Shown: piece by piece, positions 42,290 through 56,559 of the stretch
How the letters are laid out: each line of letters begins with the position of its first letter
How positions within the stretch are numbered: position 1 is the stretch's first letter
Assembly (NCBI RefSeq): GCF_009914755.1
Contig: NC_060937.1
DNA from: the human T2T-CHM13v2.0 reference genome, Homo sapiens
DNA: 64,000 nt
Reading direction: 5' to 3' (one strand)
The notes under the pieces: generated by a model
Database searches by the model: none
Told to the model about the DNA's origin: nothing
Seen by the model: only the letters and a program-made list of their open reading frames with translations
Made by a program: the position numbers and the translations under genes

Positions 42290-44444
42290 GGCAACGGACA
42301 AAGAGGAAGAGAGCTTGTGCAGGGGAACTCCTCTTTTGAGGAGTCTTGTGAAAATCGGATCTTGTGAAAATTATTCACTATGACGAGAACAACACAGGAA
42401 AGTCCTGCCCCCATGATTCATTTACCTCCCACCGGGTTCCTCCCACAACATATGGCAATTCAGGATGAGATTTGGGTGGGGTCACAGCCAAACCATATCA
42501 TTATGCCCCAACCCCTCCCAAATCACATGTACTTACATTTCAAAATCAATCATGCCTTCACAACAGTCCCTCAAAATCTTAACTCATTTCAGCGTTAACT
42601 CAAAAGTCCACAGTCCAATGTGTAATCTGAGACAAGGCAAGTCCTTTTCACCTATGAGCCTGTAAAATCAAAAGCAGGTTAGTCACTTCCTAGATAAAGT
42701 TGGGGTAGAGGCATTGGGTAAATACAGCTATTCCAAATGGGAGAAATTAGCCAAAACAAATGGGCTACAGGCCCCATGCCAGTCCAAAATCCAGAAGGGC
42801 AGTCAAATCTTGAATTTGCAAAATGATCTCCTTTGACTCCATGTCTCACATCCAGGTCACGCTGATGCAAGAGGTGGGTTCCCATGGTCTTGGACAGCTC
42901 CGCCCCTGTGGCTTTGCAGGGTACAGCCTCCCTCCTAGCTCCTAGCTGCTTTTACAGGCTAGCATTGAGTGTCTGTGGCTTTTCTTGGTGCTTGGTGCAA
43001 GCTGTCCATGGATCTACCATTCTGGGGTCTAGAGGACAGTGGCCCTCTTCTCACAGTTTCCACTAGATGGTGCCCCAGTAGGGACTCTGTGTGGGGGACT
43101 CTGACCCCACATTTCCTTTCTGCAGTGACCTAGCAGAGGTTCTCCATGAGAGCCTTGCCACTGCAGCAAACTTCTGCTTGGATGCCACTGCATCCAGACA
43201 TTTTCATACATCCTCTGAAATCTAGGCAGAAGTTACCAAACGTCAATTCTTGACTTCTGTGCACTCACAGGCTCAACACCACGTGGAAGCTGCCAAGGCT
43301 TTGGGCTTGCACCCTCTGAAGCCATGGCCTAAGCTCTACATTGGCCCCTTTCAGCCATGGTTGGAGCAACTGGGACCCAGGGCACCAAGTCCCTAGGCTG
43401 CACGTAGCACCGGGACTCTGGGCTCATCCTACAAAACCACTTTTTCCTCCTAGATCTTTGGTCTGTGATGGGAGGGGCCGCTGTGAAAACCTCTGAGATA
43501 CCCTGAAGACATTTTCCCCATTGTTTTGGGGATTAATATTCAGCTCCTTGTCACTTATGCAAATTTCTGCAGCTGGCTTGAATTTCTCCTCAGAAAATGG
43601 GATTTTATTTTCTATCACATTTTCAGGCTGCAAGTTTTCTGAACTTTTATGCTCTGCTTCCTTTATAAAACTGAATGCCTTTAGCAGCACCCAAGTCACA
43701 TCTTGAATGCTTTGCTGCTTAGCAATTTCTTCCACCAGATCCCATAAATCATCTCTCTCAAGTTCAAAGTTCCGCAAATCTCTAGGGCAGGGGCAAAATG
43801 CCACCAGTTTCTTTGCTAAAACATAACAACAGTCACCTTTGCTCTAGTTCCCAACAAGTTCCCCATTTTCATCTGAGACCACCTTGGCCTGGACTTTATT
43901 GTCCATGTCACTATCAGCATTTTGGGCAAAGCCATTCAGCAAGTCTCTAGGAGGTTCCAAACTTTCCACATTTTCCAATCTTCTTCTGAGCTCTCCAAAC
44001 TGTTCCAACCCCTGCCTGTTGCCCAGTTTCAAAATCGCTTCCACATTTTTGGGTATCTTTTCTGCAGCACGACACTCTTGGGACCAATTTAGTGTATTAG
44101 TCACGCTGCTGATAGACGCATGCCCAGGACTGGGCAATTTACAAAAGAAAGAGATTTAACTGGACTTACAGTTCCACATTGGTGTTGAAGCCTCACAATC
44201 ATGGCAGAAGGCAGGGAGGAGCAAGTCACGTCATACCTGGATGGCAGCAGGCAAAAAGAGAGAAAGTTTGTGCAGGGGAACTCCTCTTTTTAAAAGCATC
44301 AGATCTCATGAGACTTATTCACTATCATAAGTACAGCACAGGCAAGACTTGTCCCCATGATTCAATTACCTCCCACCAGGTCCCTCCCACAACACATGGG
44401 ATTTCAAGATGAGATTTGGGTGGGGACACAGTGAAACAATAACA
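42288..44444 (-). mobile_element. THE1B element: 5' LTR 44093-44444, internal 42501-44092, 3' LTR 42288-42500 (truncated)
   Basis: Two LTR copies flank about 1.6 kb of THE1-int. The left LTR lacks about 150 bp that is present in the right LTR. Confidence 0.93.
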
Positions 44445-44741
44445 AATGTGGTCAGCAAAAGTATCTTGTCTTGAAATTCAAGAATAAAGAAAAGTGTGCA
44501 TGTGTTTGTGATCTATGAAAATCATTAAAATAGTGAAATTAACCTGTCAATTGTAATATCCTGGAACTTGTGACTCACCAATAGAGTAAATAACAATTGT
44601 ACATGCTCTAAATTTATCATCAATATCAAAGCTTTATTCTCTTTTAGTGGGCTTATGTAAGAAAATAATGTTTCTAAGCAAGTCATTAACAAATATAAAG
44701 CAAATCTATTAATGCATCTGAGTTGAATGAAGTGATTCTTC

Positions 44742-45061
44742 TTATTTATTTATTTATTTATTTGAGATGGAGTTTCACCCTTGTTGCCCGGGCTGGAGTG
44801 CAATGGTGTGATCTCAGCTCACCGCAACCTCTGCGGTTCAAGCAATTCTCCCAGGTTCAAGCAATTCTCCTGTCTCAGCCTGCAGAGTAGCTGGGATTAC
44901 AGGCATGTGCCCCCAGGCCTGGCTAATTTTTTTTGTATTTTACTAGAGAGGGGATTTCTCTGTGTTGGTCAGGCTGGTCTGGAACTCCTGACCTCAGGTG
45001 ATCTGCCCACCTCGGCATCCCAAAATGCCGGGATTACAGGCGTGAGCCACCATGCCCGGCC
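44742..45061 (-). mobile_element. AluSp/Sq
   Basis: gtttcacccttgttgccc and ctcaccgcaacc. TSD tgaagtgatt at 44728-44737 and 45062-45071. Confidence 0.93.
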
Positions 45062-45684
45062 TGAAGTGATTATTTTTAAGGAAGGTGATAGGATAGTTAA
45101 AAACCACACAACTTTTTCATATTCTCCACCCACCAGCCACTCTGCAATTATCAGTAGGTAGCAAAGCCCTGAACTTGGTCTTATATCTTATTTTAGGTAC
45201 AGCAACAGACTAAATTGTAATCATAATATCTGCCTCAGGAATCTGCTCCAATTTTGATACAATTGTATATTTTGTAGTATGGAGTAACTATCGGCTGAGC
45301 TTTGATTCTGTGATCTGGCTCCCTTTCAACTTGTGATCTTTGGAGGTGGAATAGATTATATATTTTCCAATTGCAAGAGGATTAATGAGATCTTCTTTTA
45401 AATCATTAATGTAAGGAAATCTTGGAAAATAATGTGAGCCAAAATTTGGATTATTGTAAGAAACTATACTCTCTTCTTTGTTTTAGTTGCATCTTCCACA
45501 GCTCCTCTAAGCAAAAGCACCACATTGCATATTATTTCCTGTTGAGCAGGAAAGAAATATAGCATATGGTCATGTTAATGGGAATTGGGAGTAAAAGTTT
45601 TGTCCAGGTTTGGACCAGAGCTTATAACAGCAACAACAAAAATAAGAATAACAAGTATCAGGTTGAATTATGAGTTCTCTAATG

Positions 45685-45687
<3 letters not shown>

Positions 45688-45735
<48 letters not shown>
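45688..45735. repeat. (AT)24 perfect microsatellite
   Basis: Read directly from the sequence. Confidence 0.97.
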
Positions 45736-45737
<2 letters not shown>

Positions 45738-46930
45738 TTTTGATTTGTTCATTTCTTTAAGCAAAGATAAGCAGTATTGTAAGAAATACAATCAAGAAAC
45801 CCAGCCATGAATATGAACTTAAGTGTTTTCCCTTTACTGTCATCCAACAATTCAATGAGGCTTTGAAATTTAAAACCACACTTATTTTAATAGCCATTTG
45901 TATATATTTCCATTTATAATCCAATCATATTTTAAGTAAATCAACTTGCTTTATATTTCTTACTTCTTGTTCCCAAATGCATCTCTTCTACCACGAGTTA
46001 TACTGACATAAATCATAAGTTACAGGAAGAGTTTATATTCTTACTATAGAACTAGAACAATCAGCTGTGCCTCTAGGTTGCTTGAGGCAGATGTCATTCC
46101 AACTGACTTGAAAAGGATAATGACCTTCTGGGACCTTAACATTAATTGCACAACCTGAATGAAATATGCCTCTTTGGAAAATTCTATACTTGTCCAATAT
46201 TGGATAGTAACCTTCTTGTAAGAAAGTTAATGCCCAGATCCCCAAATGACTTGGCCTCCTCACTTCTGTGCAGCAGTGAAGTGCAAAACGGTAGCAGATA
46301 AAATGCTACCTTTGTTGTTTATAAAATACTCTAAAGTTTGAAAACCAGTTTTTCCTCAGTCCCAAAGGAATTTTATAAATGATAAAAAAGTGAGCTAAAA
46401 ATATTCAGTATCTAGTGAAGAGAGTTTATTTAAAAAAACATTAAAATTGTATATTTAAAATGATTAAAATTATACTAATAAGACTCAAGTTTCTCCTTTG
46501 CAAAACTCAAGTAGGAATTATTTTCATTGAAATTTATTATTTTAGTTTTAATGGAAATGTAGGATGGAAACTTTCTTCCAAAATTTTTAATATTATGTTA
46601 CTAAACATATTAGTGAGAATAGTTGCTGTAATATTTTTCCTCTTAGAGTATTTTGATAGAAAAAGTTTTCTCCATTTCATACAGAGTATGCTGGATTATA
46701 TTAAATAGTTACAAATTATTTATTATCCTTATGTTAAAAACCACACGTTAAATTCTTCCCATCCCACTGATTTAACTCACAATATTCCTTGCACATAAAA
46801 TATTTTTTCATCTGATATGTGTCTTTTAAAATAATTGCTGTTATCAAATTCTAAACTTTTTACAAAGAACCCTTTGATTCTTCATCTCATACCAAAATAA
46901 TCTCTTTTTTTCTCTGAAAGTATATCTATA

Positions 46931-47233
46931 GGCCAGGTGCAGTGGCTCATGCCTGTAACTCCAGCGCTTCGGAAGCCCAAGGTGGGCAGATCACTTGAGG
47001 CTAAGAGTTTGAGACCAGCCCAGCTAACATGGTGAAACCCCTTCTCTACCAAAAATACAAAAATTAGTCAGGCATGGTGGCTCACGCTTGTAATCCCAAA
47101 TGCTCAGGAGGCTGAGGCAGCAGAATCGCTTGAATCCAGGACTGGGAAGTTGCAGTGAGTTGAGATCGCACCACTGCACTCCAGTCTGGGCAACAGAGCA
47201 AGACTCTGTCTCCTAATAAATAAATAAATAAAA
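46931..47233 (+). mobile_element. AluS (Sz/Sx-like)
   Basis: Full dimer with a (taaa)n tail; degenerate TSD tgaaagtatatctata / tgaaagcgtatttata. Confidence 0.93.
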
Positions 47234-50200
47234 TGAAAGCGTATTTATAATTTTGTACATATTTCTGCACTTAATACATTTTAATTTACATGATTTATAC
47301 CACTGACGAAAATATAACTTCTGTGAAGACAGCATGATATTCCTGTTTCTATTTTCTAAATAATCTAACAGAATAAAATAGAGGAGTGTATAGGAAATAA
47401 TTTTATATTTCATTCATATTCTTCCTTCTTATTGTGAGTAATTAAAGAAACTAATCTCTTTGAATTGTTTCTATCTTATTAATAAATCGATAATTTTAAT
47501 GCGTGTCTCAAAGCATGTTTTTAATTATTAAATACAATAGCATTTCTGACACATAAAATTCAATATTTAATTGTCTATTCCTTTCCCATAGAAATATACC
47601 CCTGATCTACATACTAAATAAATGGGTAATAATATTATTGTCCATATATAATATATCACTGTTCTTGATCAGGTACAAAGGTTGTTATGGGGAAAATATT
47701 TGAAATTTCAAGAATTTATCGAAAATTTGGAAGATTTTTATAAATTGAAGATTATAATATAAGGATGGCAGTTGTTTTCCATTTTCCCTTAAAATGAAAT
47801 GAAGATAATGAGTTGATTAATTTTTTGGTAGTGTTACTAAAAATGTAAATGAAGTTGAGATTTCAAAATGAATTATACATTAACAAAACTTTTGCAATTC
47901 AGCATTGGTTTTCCATTTTTTTAAACATCCACCCCTCCCACAATCAATGGGTTTTGTCAATCAAATTTTCTTCCACTCTCCTATTTAATACGTGATGTAT
48001 AATTAAAGCCCATTAATTAGGCTTATTTCCTGGGAATCCCACTTTTAAGGAGACAGAACAAAAACTCTAGCTTATTCTTTCTTGCATAAGAATTCAGAAA
48101 ATGATGTTCAGTATACCTACAAACTCCCCACTATCTTTTCTAGGTTCTTTTCTTTGCATAATATTCCCTTGATTTGGAAAACCACAGTTTATTATTTCAA
48201 GCAATTTTTTTTCTTACTTAAGTTAACCTCATTCCATGTTTGTTACTTGAAATAAAAAAAACTTAAAGTAAGTAACAATATAACTTTAAGGTATACTTTA
48301 CAAAGCACTTAACAGTTTCTATTCAGATTTCCTGCAGATATTTCTAGGCTTGTTTAATAAATAGACTCAGTCCTTCCAGTTTAAAAACTAGCCTTCTCAA
48401 AAAATGTATCACTCCCTCATGATAGAATTATATATTTTTAAAACTCCACTTATCACTGAAAAGTGTTTTTTAAGTATAGTTTTAATGTACTGCCATCACT
48501 GAAATACCTCGCATTCATTCTTCAGCACACTAGGTTGTGTGAGAATTCTGAAACAACTGGCCCAAAGTTGTCAGATTCAAAATTAAATGTCAAGTGGCCA
48601 GTTGTTATACATATTATTAATGACTCTAACCTTCTGCAAAGCTGCCTGTTGTTCTAGACAAATATATAATTAAGGCATCACATCGTCTTTAAACTGCTAT
48701 GTCCGTTGCACAAATAAAATCATCTGTTTTGGGAGAGGTTGATTGAATGAATAAAATAATGAAAAGAGTGGTGAGCTGCATGCAGGTAGGTATTATACTA
48801 AATATACATGTGATTTTTTTCATTAAAGTACATAACATTTAATAGATATTTATTACAATTAATATTTCTGTAAACATCTAATATTTGATTCAGTTCAAAA
48901 ACAACTCTATTTTCAATAATATTGTATATTATACATTGTTCAATTACTGATACATTTAATATGGTTTTAAAATACAAGATTTAAAAGAAAGATAAGTATA
49001 TGATTAGTGATCATTTAAGTACTTTCTATTTTTTTATTTTTCTATATAGAGTTAGGCTGTCGACTGTATATAATTTCTTTTTTACTCAGACTAGACATGT
49101 GGGTTTCAACCATAAATTCTTGTTAAGAAAATAACAACTCAATAAAAACATGTCAGAAATTTCATGAAAATTGTTTATGAAGTTATAACACTTCAAGGGA
49201 ACTTTTATGAGTATTAAAATTCTGTATATAATTTAAAAAATATTTCCAAAACAACATTTGTTGATCTCATGTAGTTGTATTGAGGTAAAAAAATCAAAGG
49301 AGTAACCAGATATTAGTGACAGTACTGCCTTCTCACTGCTACAGATTTGTATTCTTTATATAAGTCAAGACATTTCAATAAAGAGTATAAAAATTAGATG
49401 ACCCTATGTTGTAAGTTGCTTACTTTTCTGTGATAGGCAATATTATTCCCAAGGTGAAATCATTTGTGTGATTTATGGTGACTTTCAACTTTATTAAAGT
49501 GTTCTTTATAAAAAACAGCCTGAATAAAGAGGACAAATGAAAGAAAATTTAAATATAGAAGGAAAGGTTCAGTAAAGAGGGATGCCAGTTTATAGGTAAG
49601 TGGACTTTAGTTTCTAATAATTAAATCTGTCTCCAATGGTTTTTATTTAATCTAAAGACAGTTATTAGTTAAAGCTGTAAAATTATTCAATAAGCTGATT
49701 TAAAATTTAAAGAGAAGTATATTATTCTGCTGTGCCACATTTATCAAATCAATGCAACAATTTAAAAGAACAATATATATTTTATTTTTATATTTATAAA
49801 TCCATTTGTTACTTAGCCCTAAATATAATTTTTATGACTAGTCAACTTAATATTATCCTTGAAAGCTATCATATATAATATATTTTTAGTTTCAGAGACC
49901 AAATAATTTGTCACTGTGGACTAATGCACGTAACCTCAGTAGAAGACTCCCATTTCAAATGGCACATTTCAAATATTATCTGTTTTGTGTTGTAGATTTC
50001 TGAATAAAATCTGTTTTGAGAAATAATTATTTGCTAAAAATGTTTGAACAGCTCATAGATGATAGGTTGATGATAGATAGATAGATCTATCATATAGATT
50101 TATGGATTTATTATATTTTTAATTTAATCATTGCACTTTGATAATAAACATATGTGCATATTTTGGGGAAGAAAATTTAATAAGCTTGATTTCAAAATAA

Positions 50201-50301
50201 ATTGAATTTCAGTGTAACTTGAAAGAATCTTAGGCAAATAGCTCATATCATTGAATTGTCTCACAAGGATCTACACACACATACACACATACTCATGTAT
50301 A

Positions 50302-50639
50302 CAGTCATGCATTACTTAATGAGGGGGATATATTCTAAGAAATGTGTCATTAGGCAATTTTATCATTGTGTGAACATCATAGAGTGCACTTACACAAACC
50401 TAGATGGTATCACCTACTACACACCTAGGTTACATTTTACAGTCTATTCCTTCTCAGCCACAAATTTATACAGCATGTCCCTATATTAAATACTGTAGCC
50501 TGTTATAACTCCTTGGTAAGTATTTGTGTATCTAAGCATAGAAAAGATTCAATAAAAATACAGTCTTATAATCTTATGGGACTACTATTTTATATGCAGT
50601 CCATCATTGACCAAAATGCTGTTATGTGGTGCATGACTG
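50302..50639. mobile_element. Tigger3a / MER7A
   Basis: TIRs cagtcatgca...tgcatgactg with TA TSDs, 338 bp. Confidence 0.92.
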
Positions 50640-51329
50640 TATATAAACATACACTCTGTGCACATAGATATGTATACATCTATAAAACTAGGTTTTCTGA
50701 GAATACGCTAGCTTCATATTTCATGTTTCTTTATCAGTCGATTATCACATATCACTATTTTTCTGAGTAAATAGTAGGCCATGTTCTTTAAAGTTTGCCT
50801 TACATTAGCTCTGATGAGACTTAGGCTCATGACATGGAAAGAAATCTAGAAGATTTAAAGCCAATAAATAGTACACACTGAGTGATGGAACCCACAATTC
50901 CACATTCTGGAAATTTTTTTGATAACTTTTACTGTATATTTTGTTTGTGGTTTGGGATATTTTAATTTTCTTATTTATTCATTTTGTTAGTTAAATGATT
51001 ATAAAATTAGCATATGTTATGTGATACTCAGACAGTTAAAACATATTTTATTTTAGGAAAAAATGGCATGTAAAATACAAGCACACATACGTCTTGCATA
51101 AAGTACTTTCTCAAGTTTTAGTTTATCTTTTATATTTCTGATATCTCAAATTCCATTAGAAGAATTATTCTTCTCCTCCACCTCTTTCTCCTTATCCTTT
51201 CTCTTCTCTCTTCCTTTTCCATTGCAACTCCTCCTCCTCTTCTTCTTTTGCTTGTTCACAAACATGTTGAAAATTCATGTTACATCAATAAAAAGGTCCT
51301 TATAAAACTAACTCCAGGATATAAATTTT

Positions 51330-51500
51330 ATAGAGAATATCTCATTTAATCTTAACAACACATATGATTTTAATATTATTATTGTCCCATTATTTGGATT
51401 AAAGAAAAACAGCTTTGGAAAATAAATTTGTCAACTATTAAACTGATAGTATACAGCAGAGTCAGGATTGTAGTATAGGTAAATCTGACTTTAGAGACTA
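51330..51500 (-). mobile_element. MIR remnant
   Basis: tctcatttaatcttaacaaca...gcagagtcaggatt...tctgactttagag. Confidence 0.6.
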
Positions 51501-54500
51501 TGTGTCTTATAGTGACACATAGAAACTGTTTCCACTGTTAATTCTATGGTAGGAAAAAAACCGATGCTATTACCTGCATATGAACATGATATATAGCTAA
51601 TATAAAATTCAATTTATGGCCATGAACATTTTCTAAATCTTATCTGTATATCACTAAATAGATTTCTGATGGAATTAATCAATGTCATGAAGAGTATGAC
51701 TTCTTGAAAATCATTGCCTCACGATTTGATCACGATGACCAGATAGTAAAGTCCAAGGCAAGAAATTTTCTGATGACTATGTCCTGTGACAGCTATAAAT
51801 GTCTTAAGCTACAAATTGGATTGATACATTAAGATCTATTTTCCCTTCTGGTATATTTATAATTTTTAATCAGCCCCGTAAAACACACAAAGATTATGTG
51901 GTAAACTATCTTGAAAAAAAATTCTATAACTTCTTATTAAGCCAATAGATATATATTTAGTAAATATTATGATTGTGTATGAATCTGTTCTCCCTGTTTG
52001 TCTTAAATAGTGTGTAAAACCATTGATTTTTTTCTTTCACGCTGTACACCATCCATGCTAATAACCATTCTATTTGGGGAAACATTAAAATTTGGCAGAT
52101 CCAAAAATTTTATGACTATGTCCATTGTGGCAATTATTAAATTATTCTGCAAAGCCCTGATAATTTTAAAATACATTTAAACAACTGATTTTCTGCCACT
52201 GGGCATAAATATCAATCAGGCAACAATTGGATCTTCTATGAAGCACACTCTTATGATGTGTAACTATCTTTGGTGCTTGCTCTTTATACTCCCACAATAC
52301 ACATACCATGTAAGCCTACAGAAGATACTTAAAGTCAGGTATATTGGAGCTATGAACTAAAGTTTAATTAAGCTCATGTTTCCCTTCTTTCAATAATTAT
52401 TGTACTACATAGTCTATTGTTCAATGTCTGAAATCCTTTGCCTCATATAGTACTTTAAGTTTTATAATTTTTACAACAGAAATTGCCTCAATACTGGTTA
52501 CTCCATCACAGTTAAACTTGTAGTATATTATATTTTTATGGAATTCAGCTAGCATATTTAGTATCCTCATATCATTAGATTTAAACAAGTACCTATATTT
52601 ACATGGATATAAACATGCAACTAATTTAATATTGATTCATTGATATGATTATCAACATGAGCCTGAGGGATGGCCAGGCCATATTGTACTTTGTGTTCAT
52701 TACAAGTGGCAGCCCTTACACTATCATACACCTTGTGACAACGTCTTTGGCAAGTGGACGGGATGTCGGATTTTGTGTGTGTTTGTATACTACCGTTAAG
52801 CTGTTGTGCCTGTGCCAGACAATATGTATATTAACTTGTACGGGAATAATTCCACTGGCATATTGAAGAAATCACTTGTTTTTATTTGGTATCCATCTTA
52901 GGAAGTTGCATTAGTATGTTTATAAGTAGTTATTGCTTTCTACTTCCAATTGGCTGATACAATAAGGCTTTATTGTAACCTTTTCCAAAGGTGTTCTCTG
53001 ATACATTTTTCAACAAATCATATTAACAAGGGAATTACATAAATTTTAATTTTGTCTGGAAGCTTACCCAGAGAAGTTTGTTAATGTTGGGTGACATGTA
53101 AATATCTAAATTTATTTATATCTACTTCAATTCCACAATTAGCAAAGAAAGCTTTAAATATTATCTGTAGCAAAGTACATTTTCTGAAATAAAAATTTTT
53201 GTGATTTTACAAGTGTGAATCAAAAAAATGTGCAGAGTTAAGGTTTAGCTTGCTTAAATTTAACTCTCTGATGTTACTAGAGCTTTGGCAAGAAACATAG
53301 CAACTCCCCTTTTTAGAACATTTCAAATCAGATCCAGGAGATATTCTTTCTCTTTCGCAAACTAGATAATGGCTTCAGGTTTTTTTGATATTATGGACTA
53401 CTAGCCTCAAGTGTGAATAAGTTTTCCTTCTCCCTGTCCCCTATTTTTCTTAATTTTTCCCTAGTTATACCATCTGTTCTTTTATTTCAATATAATTCTT
53501 CTATTAGCTTTTAGTTCTACCACTTTAGACTAAAACATGTATCCTTAATATTTTACCACTTCATGAAAAACCTTGGAGCACTATAATTGTCCTGTCCACA
53601 AATATTGATGGTAAAATATCTTTGAAACACAATGTGGATAAAAATATAGAAAGTTCTTTCCTTCTCAAAGGGGGTAATAAACTGTTTGCCTTGGAGGGCA
53701 AATGTAATCTGGAGTCATTTTATTAAGGCAGTGTTTAAAAACAAACACAAATTGAATGGGTTTAGCCCTAAGACAGAGCAAGCAATTTCCTATTTGTGAC
53801 ACCAATTCTTATTGCTTTATTACACTCAGATTGATCATATATTCATATAACCTGCAGGCAGGAATCTGATTTTGTGACACCTTGCTTAAAATTAGTTCAG
53901 GAGCAAAAACAGATGCACTATATCAAATTTGTGCTACCATTTCCTTTTCTTACATTCATAATAATCTTTTCTTATTATTTTTCACACTCTTTACACCCAG
54001 AGAGAGAAGTATTTCTGCTTCTCTTTCTCCTTTTCCTCCATGTCCTCATTTTCCTTCTCTTTTCTTTCTCCTTCTTTTCCTTTCCTTGAGCAAACATTTT
54101 CAAGATACTAGTTGAGACACTTGATCTATAACAGTGAAAGGGGGTTGCTTATACTGAAACATCATTGCTAGTGTGGTTCTTCTTGAGCCTACTAAACAAT
54201 AAAAACCATAATAATTACCCAAAATATTTATAGTTTATAAAGAAAATGCAAAGCTCATTTTAGATTCATATTAACATGGATTTAATAAATCCAAGCTGAT
54301 TTTGTAGCATAATGTATTATTATCAAATGAACAATTGTATAAATTTTGAGAAAACTTAACTGTTAAATAAGTATACCTATCACATTTATTTTTTGAAGGA
54401 AAGATATGTCCATGAACTTTTCTTTAAAAATTTTCTCATTTACAATCCACTAATAGCTAGAAGTCATGATTGGGTTATTTGATCCTTTTAGGTAATCAAT

Positions 54501-54637
54501 TTGCTCCATTAGACTTTTTTTCCTCACCTGATTTCACAACAAATCTTGGCACATAATAATAAATTGTAAGATTTTTCAGTTTAGGCATCATGGAAGAGAA
54601 AGTTTAAATAACATATTTGCCAGTGTATATAAAACTT

Positions 54638-54936
54638 GGCTACAGGCTCACGCTTGTAATTCCAGCACTTTGGGAGGCCAAGGCGGGTGGATCACTTGAG
54701 ATCAGGAGTTCAAAACCAGCCTGGCAAAAATGGTGAAACCCTGCCTTTACTAAAAATACCAAAAAAATTACCTGAACTTGGTGTTGGGGACCTGTAGTCC
54801 CCGATACTCGAGAGGCTGAGGCAGGAGAATCACTTGAACCCAAGAGGCAGAGATAGCAACCCCGCACTCCAGCAGGGGCAAGAGAGGGAGACTCTGTTTC
54901 AAAACAACAACAACAACAACAAACAAACAAAAAAAA
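54638..54936 (+). mobile_element. AluS (Sz-like) with small internal deletions
   Basis: Dimer with a (caa)n tail; acttgg on both flanks. Confidence 0.9.
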
Positions 54937-56073
54937 CACTTGGTTAATATTAGGATCATCAGTTATCTTCCATCTGAAATCAATATTATTTTATCTACTA
55001 TTTTTCATCTGTCTCTTAATCTAAAATAGTATTTCTCCTTTTTTGTATGACCAAATGGTGTATATTAAAGAGATGCCAGAAATTTTAACACTTTGGGCTT
55101 GTAAAGTTTTGAACTACAGAAAGAAATTGGTTAAGTAAGATTAACTCAATTAAATTAACAAAATGCAGAAAGATTATATTGATAGAACAAAATAATAACT
55201 TTTAAAATATGTAAACAGCTTAAAGTATTTAAAATTTATTTTGTATTAAAATTTAAACTTTATAATATTTAAAATTTACTGTCAATAATGTGTGTTGTTT
55301 TGGGATTTTTAAACTGCATCACATTTTATTTGGCATGCAAGATTTTTGCATTATTTAGCTATGATAGTCAAATATTTATGAAGGTGTTATTTATAAAAAG
55401 GGAGTATCATGAGAATCATCATCTATCATAATTAAGATAACAAACAGAAGTTGTACCTAATAGAAAGTGTATGTGAAAAAAAATTAACAAATTCAGACAT
55501 AATGACTCTCAACATTGTCCTCTCAAACATGGGTTAAGTGATGTCATTTCACGATTCTCAAAAAGATTATATAATCAATCATTATATGAATCACTAGAGA
55601 TATGTAAAATCTGCCAAAAAGAAAGGGAGAAAAATAATAAAATTCCAAAGTTTACAAGCTTAAAAAATCTTTTGTTTATACTGTTCTGAAAAATCCCACT
55701 AATCTATTCAGTCTTTCCTTCTTTATACACTGCCAAAAACAGTTCAACCCATCACTGTATAGCCAAAACAGCAGCAGTGATTCCAAAAAAGTGATTCTTC
55801 ACTCAATTTGAAATCCCATATAATCTATGATTAATTAGTTTTAGTATGAAAGTGTATAAAACATAAAAGTGAAATTTAATATTTTGCTTAAAAAATGGCA
55901 ATGAAATAACCTCCTAAATCAAGAAATAGTGCATTGCTCTCTGTGACCTAAGGGATACCATTTTCTATGCAAACCTTTCCTACTAGAATTTTGTGATAGC
56001 TATTTTCTCTGTATCTTTATTGTTTTCATAACTATATTTTTTTCCCTGGACAATATAATTTGCTCTTGCCTCT

Positions 56074-56553
56074 TGTGGTAGGCAAAATAATGGTCTCCCA
56101 AAGATGCCCATGTCCTAATCCCTGGAATCTGAAAATATGTGATCTTATATGGCAAGAAGGCTTTTCAAATGTCATTTAGTTAATGACCTGAAAATGGAAA
56201 GATTATCCTGGATTATCTAGCTGTACCAAGTTTAATCACACGGTTCTTTAAAATTAGAGGGATGTGAATATAGAAAAGTGACACAGAGGGAAGCAAAGTT
56301 TTGCCTTGAATATGGAAAAAAAAAGAAACAGCAGGCAAGGAATGTCTGCAGTATCTTATAATTGAAAAAGTCAAGAGAAGAGATTTTATTCCTAGCCAGA
56401 TTATAACACAGCCTGACAAATATCTTAATTTTAGTCCAAAGAAACCAGTGTTAAAGTAACCCTACAGAACAAAAAAAAAATAATAACTTTGTGAGTTTTT
56501 TTAACCACTAAATTTATGGCAATTTACTACAGCAGCAATAGAAAACTAATATA
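56074..56553 (+). mobile_element. MLT1D-like MaLR solo LTR
   Basis: tgtggtaggcaaaataatgg...cagcaatagaaaactaata; flanks cctct/tctct. Confidence 0.85.
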
Positions 56554-56559
56554 TCTCTT

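Noticed and set aside
42380-44412. Cluster of ORFs, with a similar cluster at 61212-62674
   Set aside because: These are fragments of decayed THE1 LTR and internal sequence, broken by stops and frameshifts.
53874-54115. Hydrophobic, membrane-like short ORFs
   Set aside because: They arise from CT-rich low-complexity sequence.
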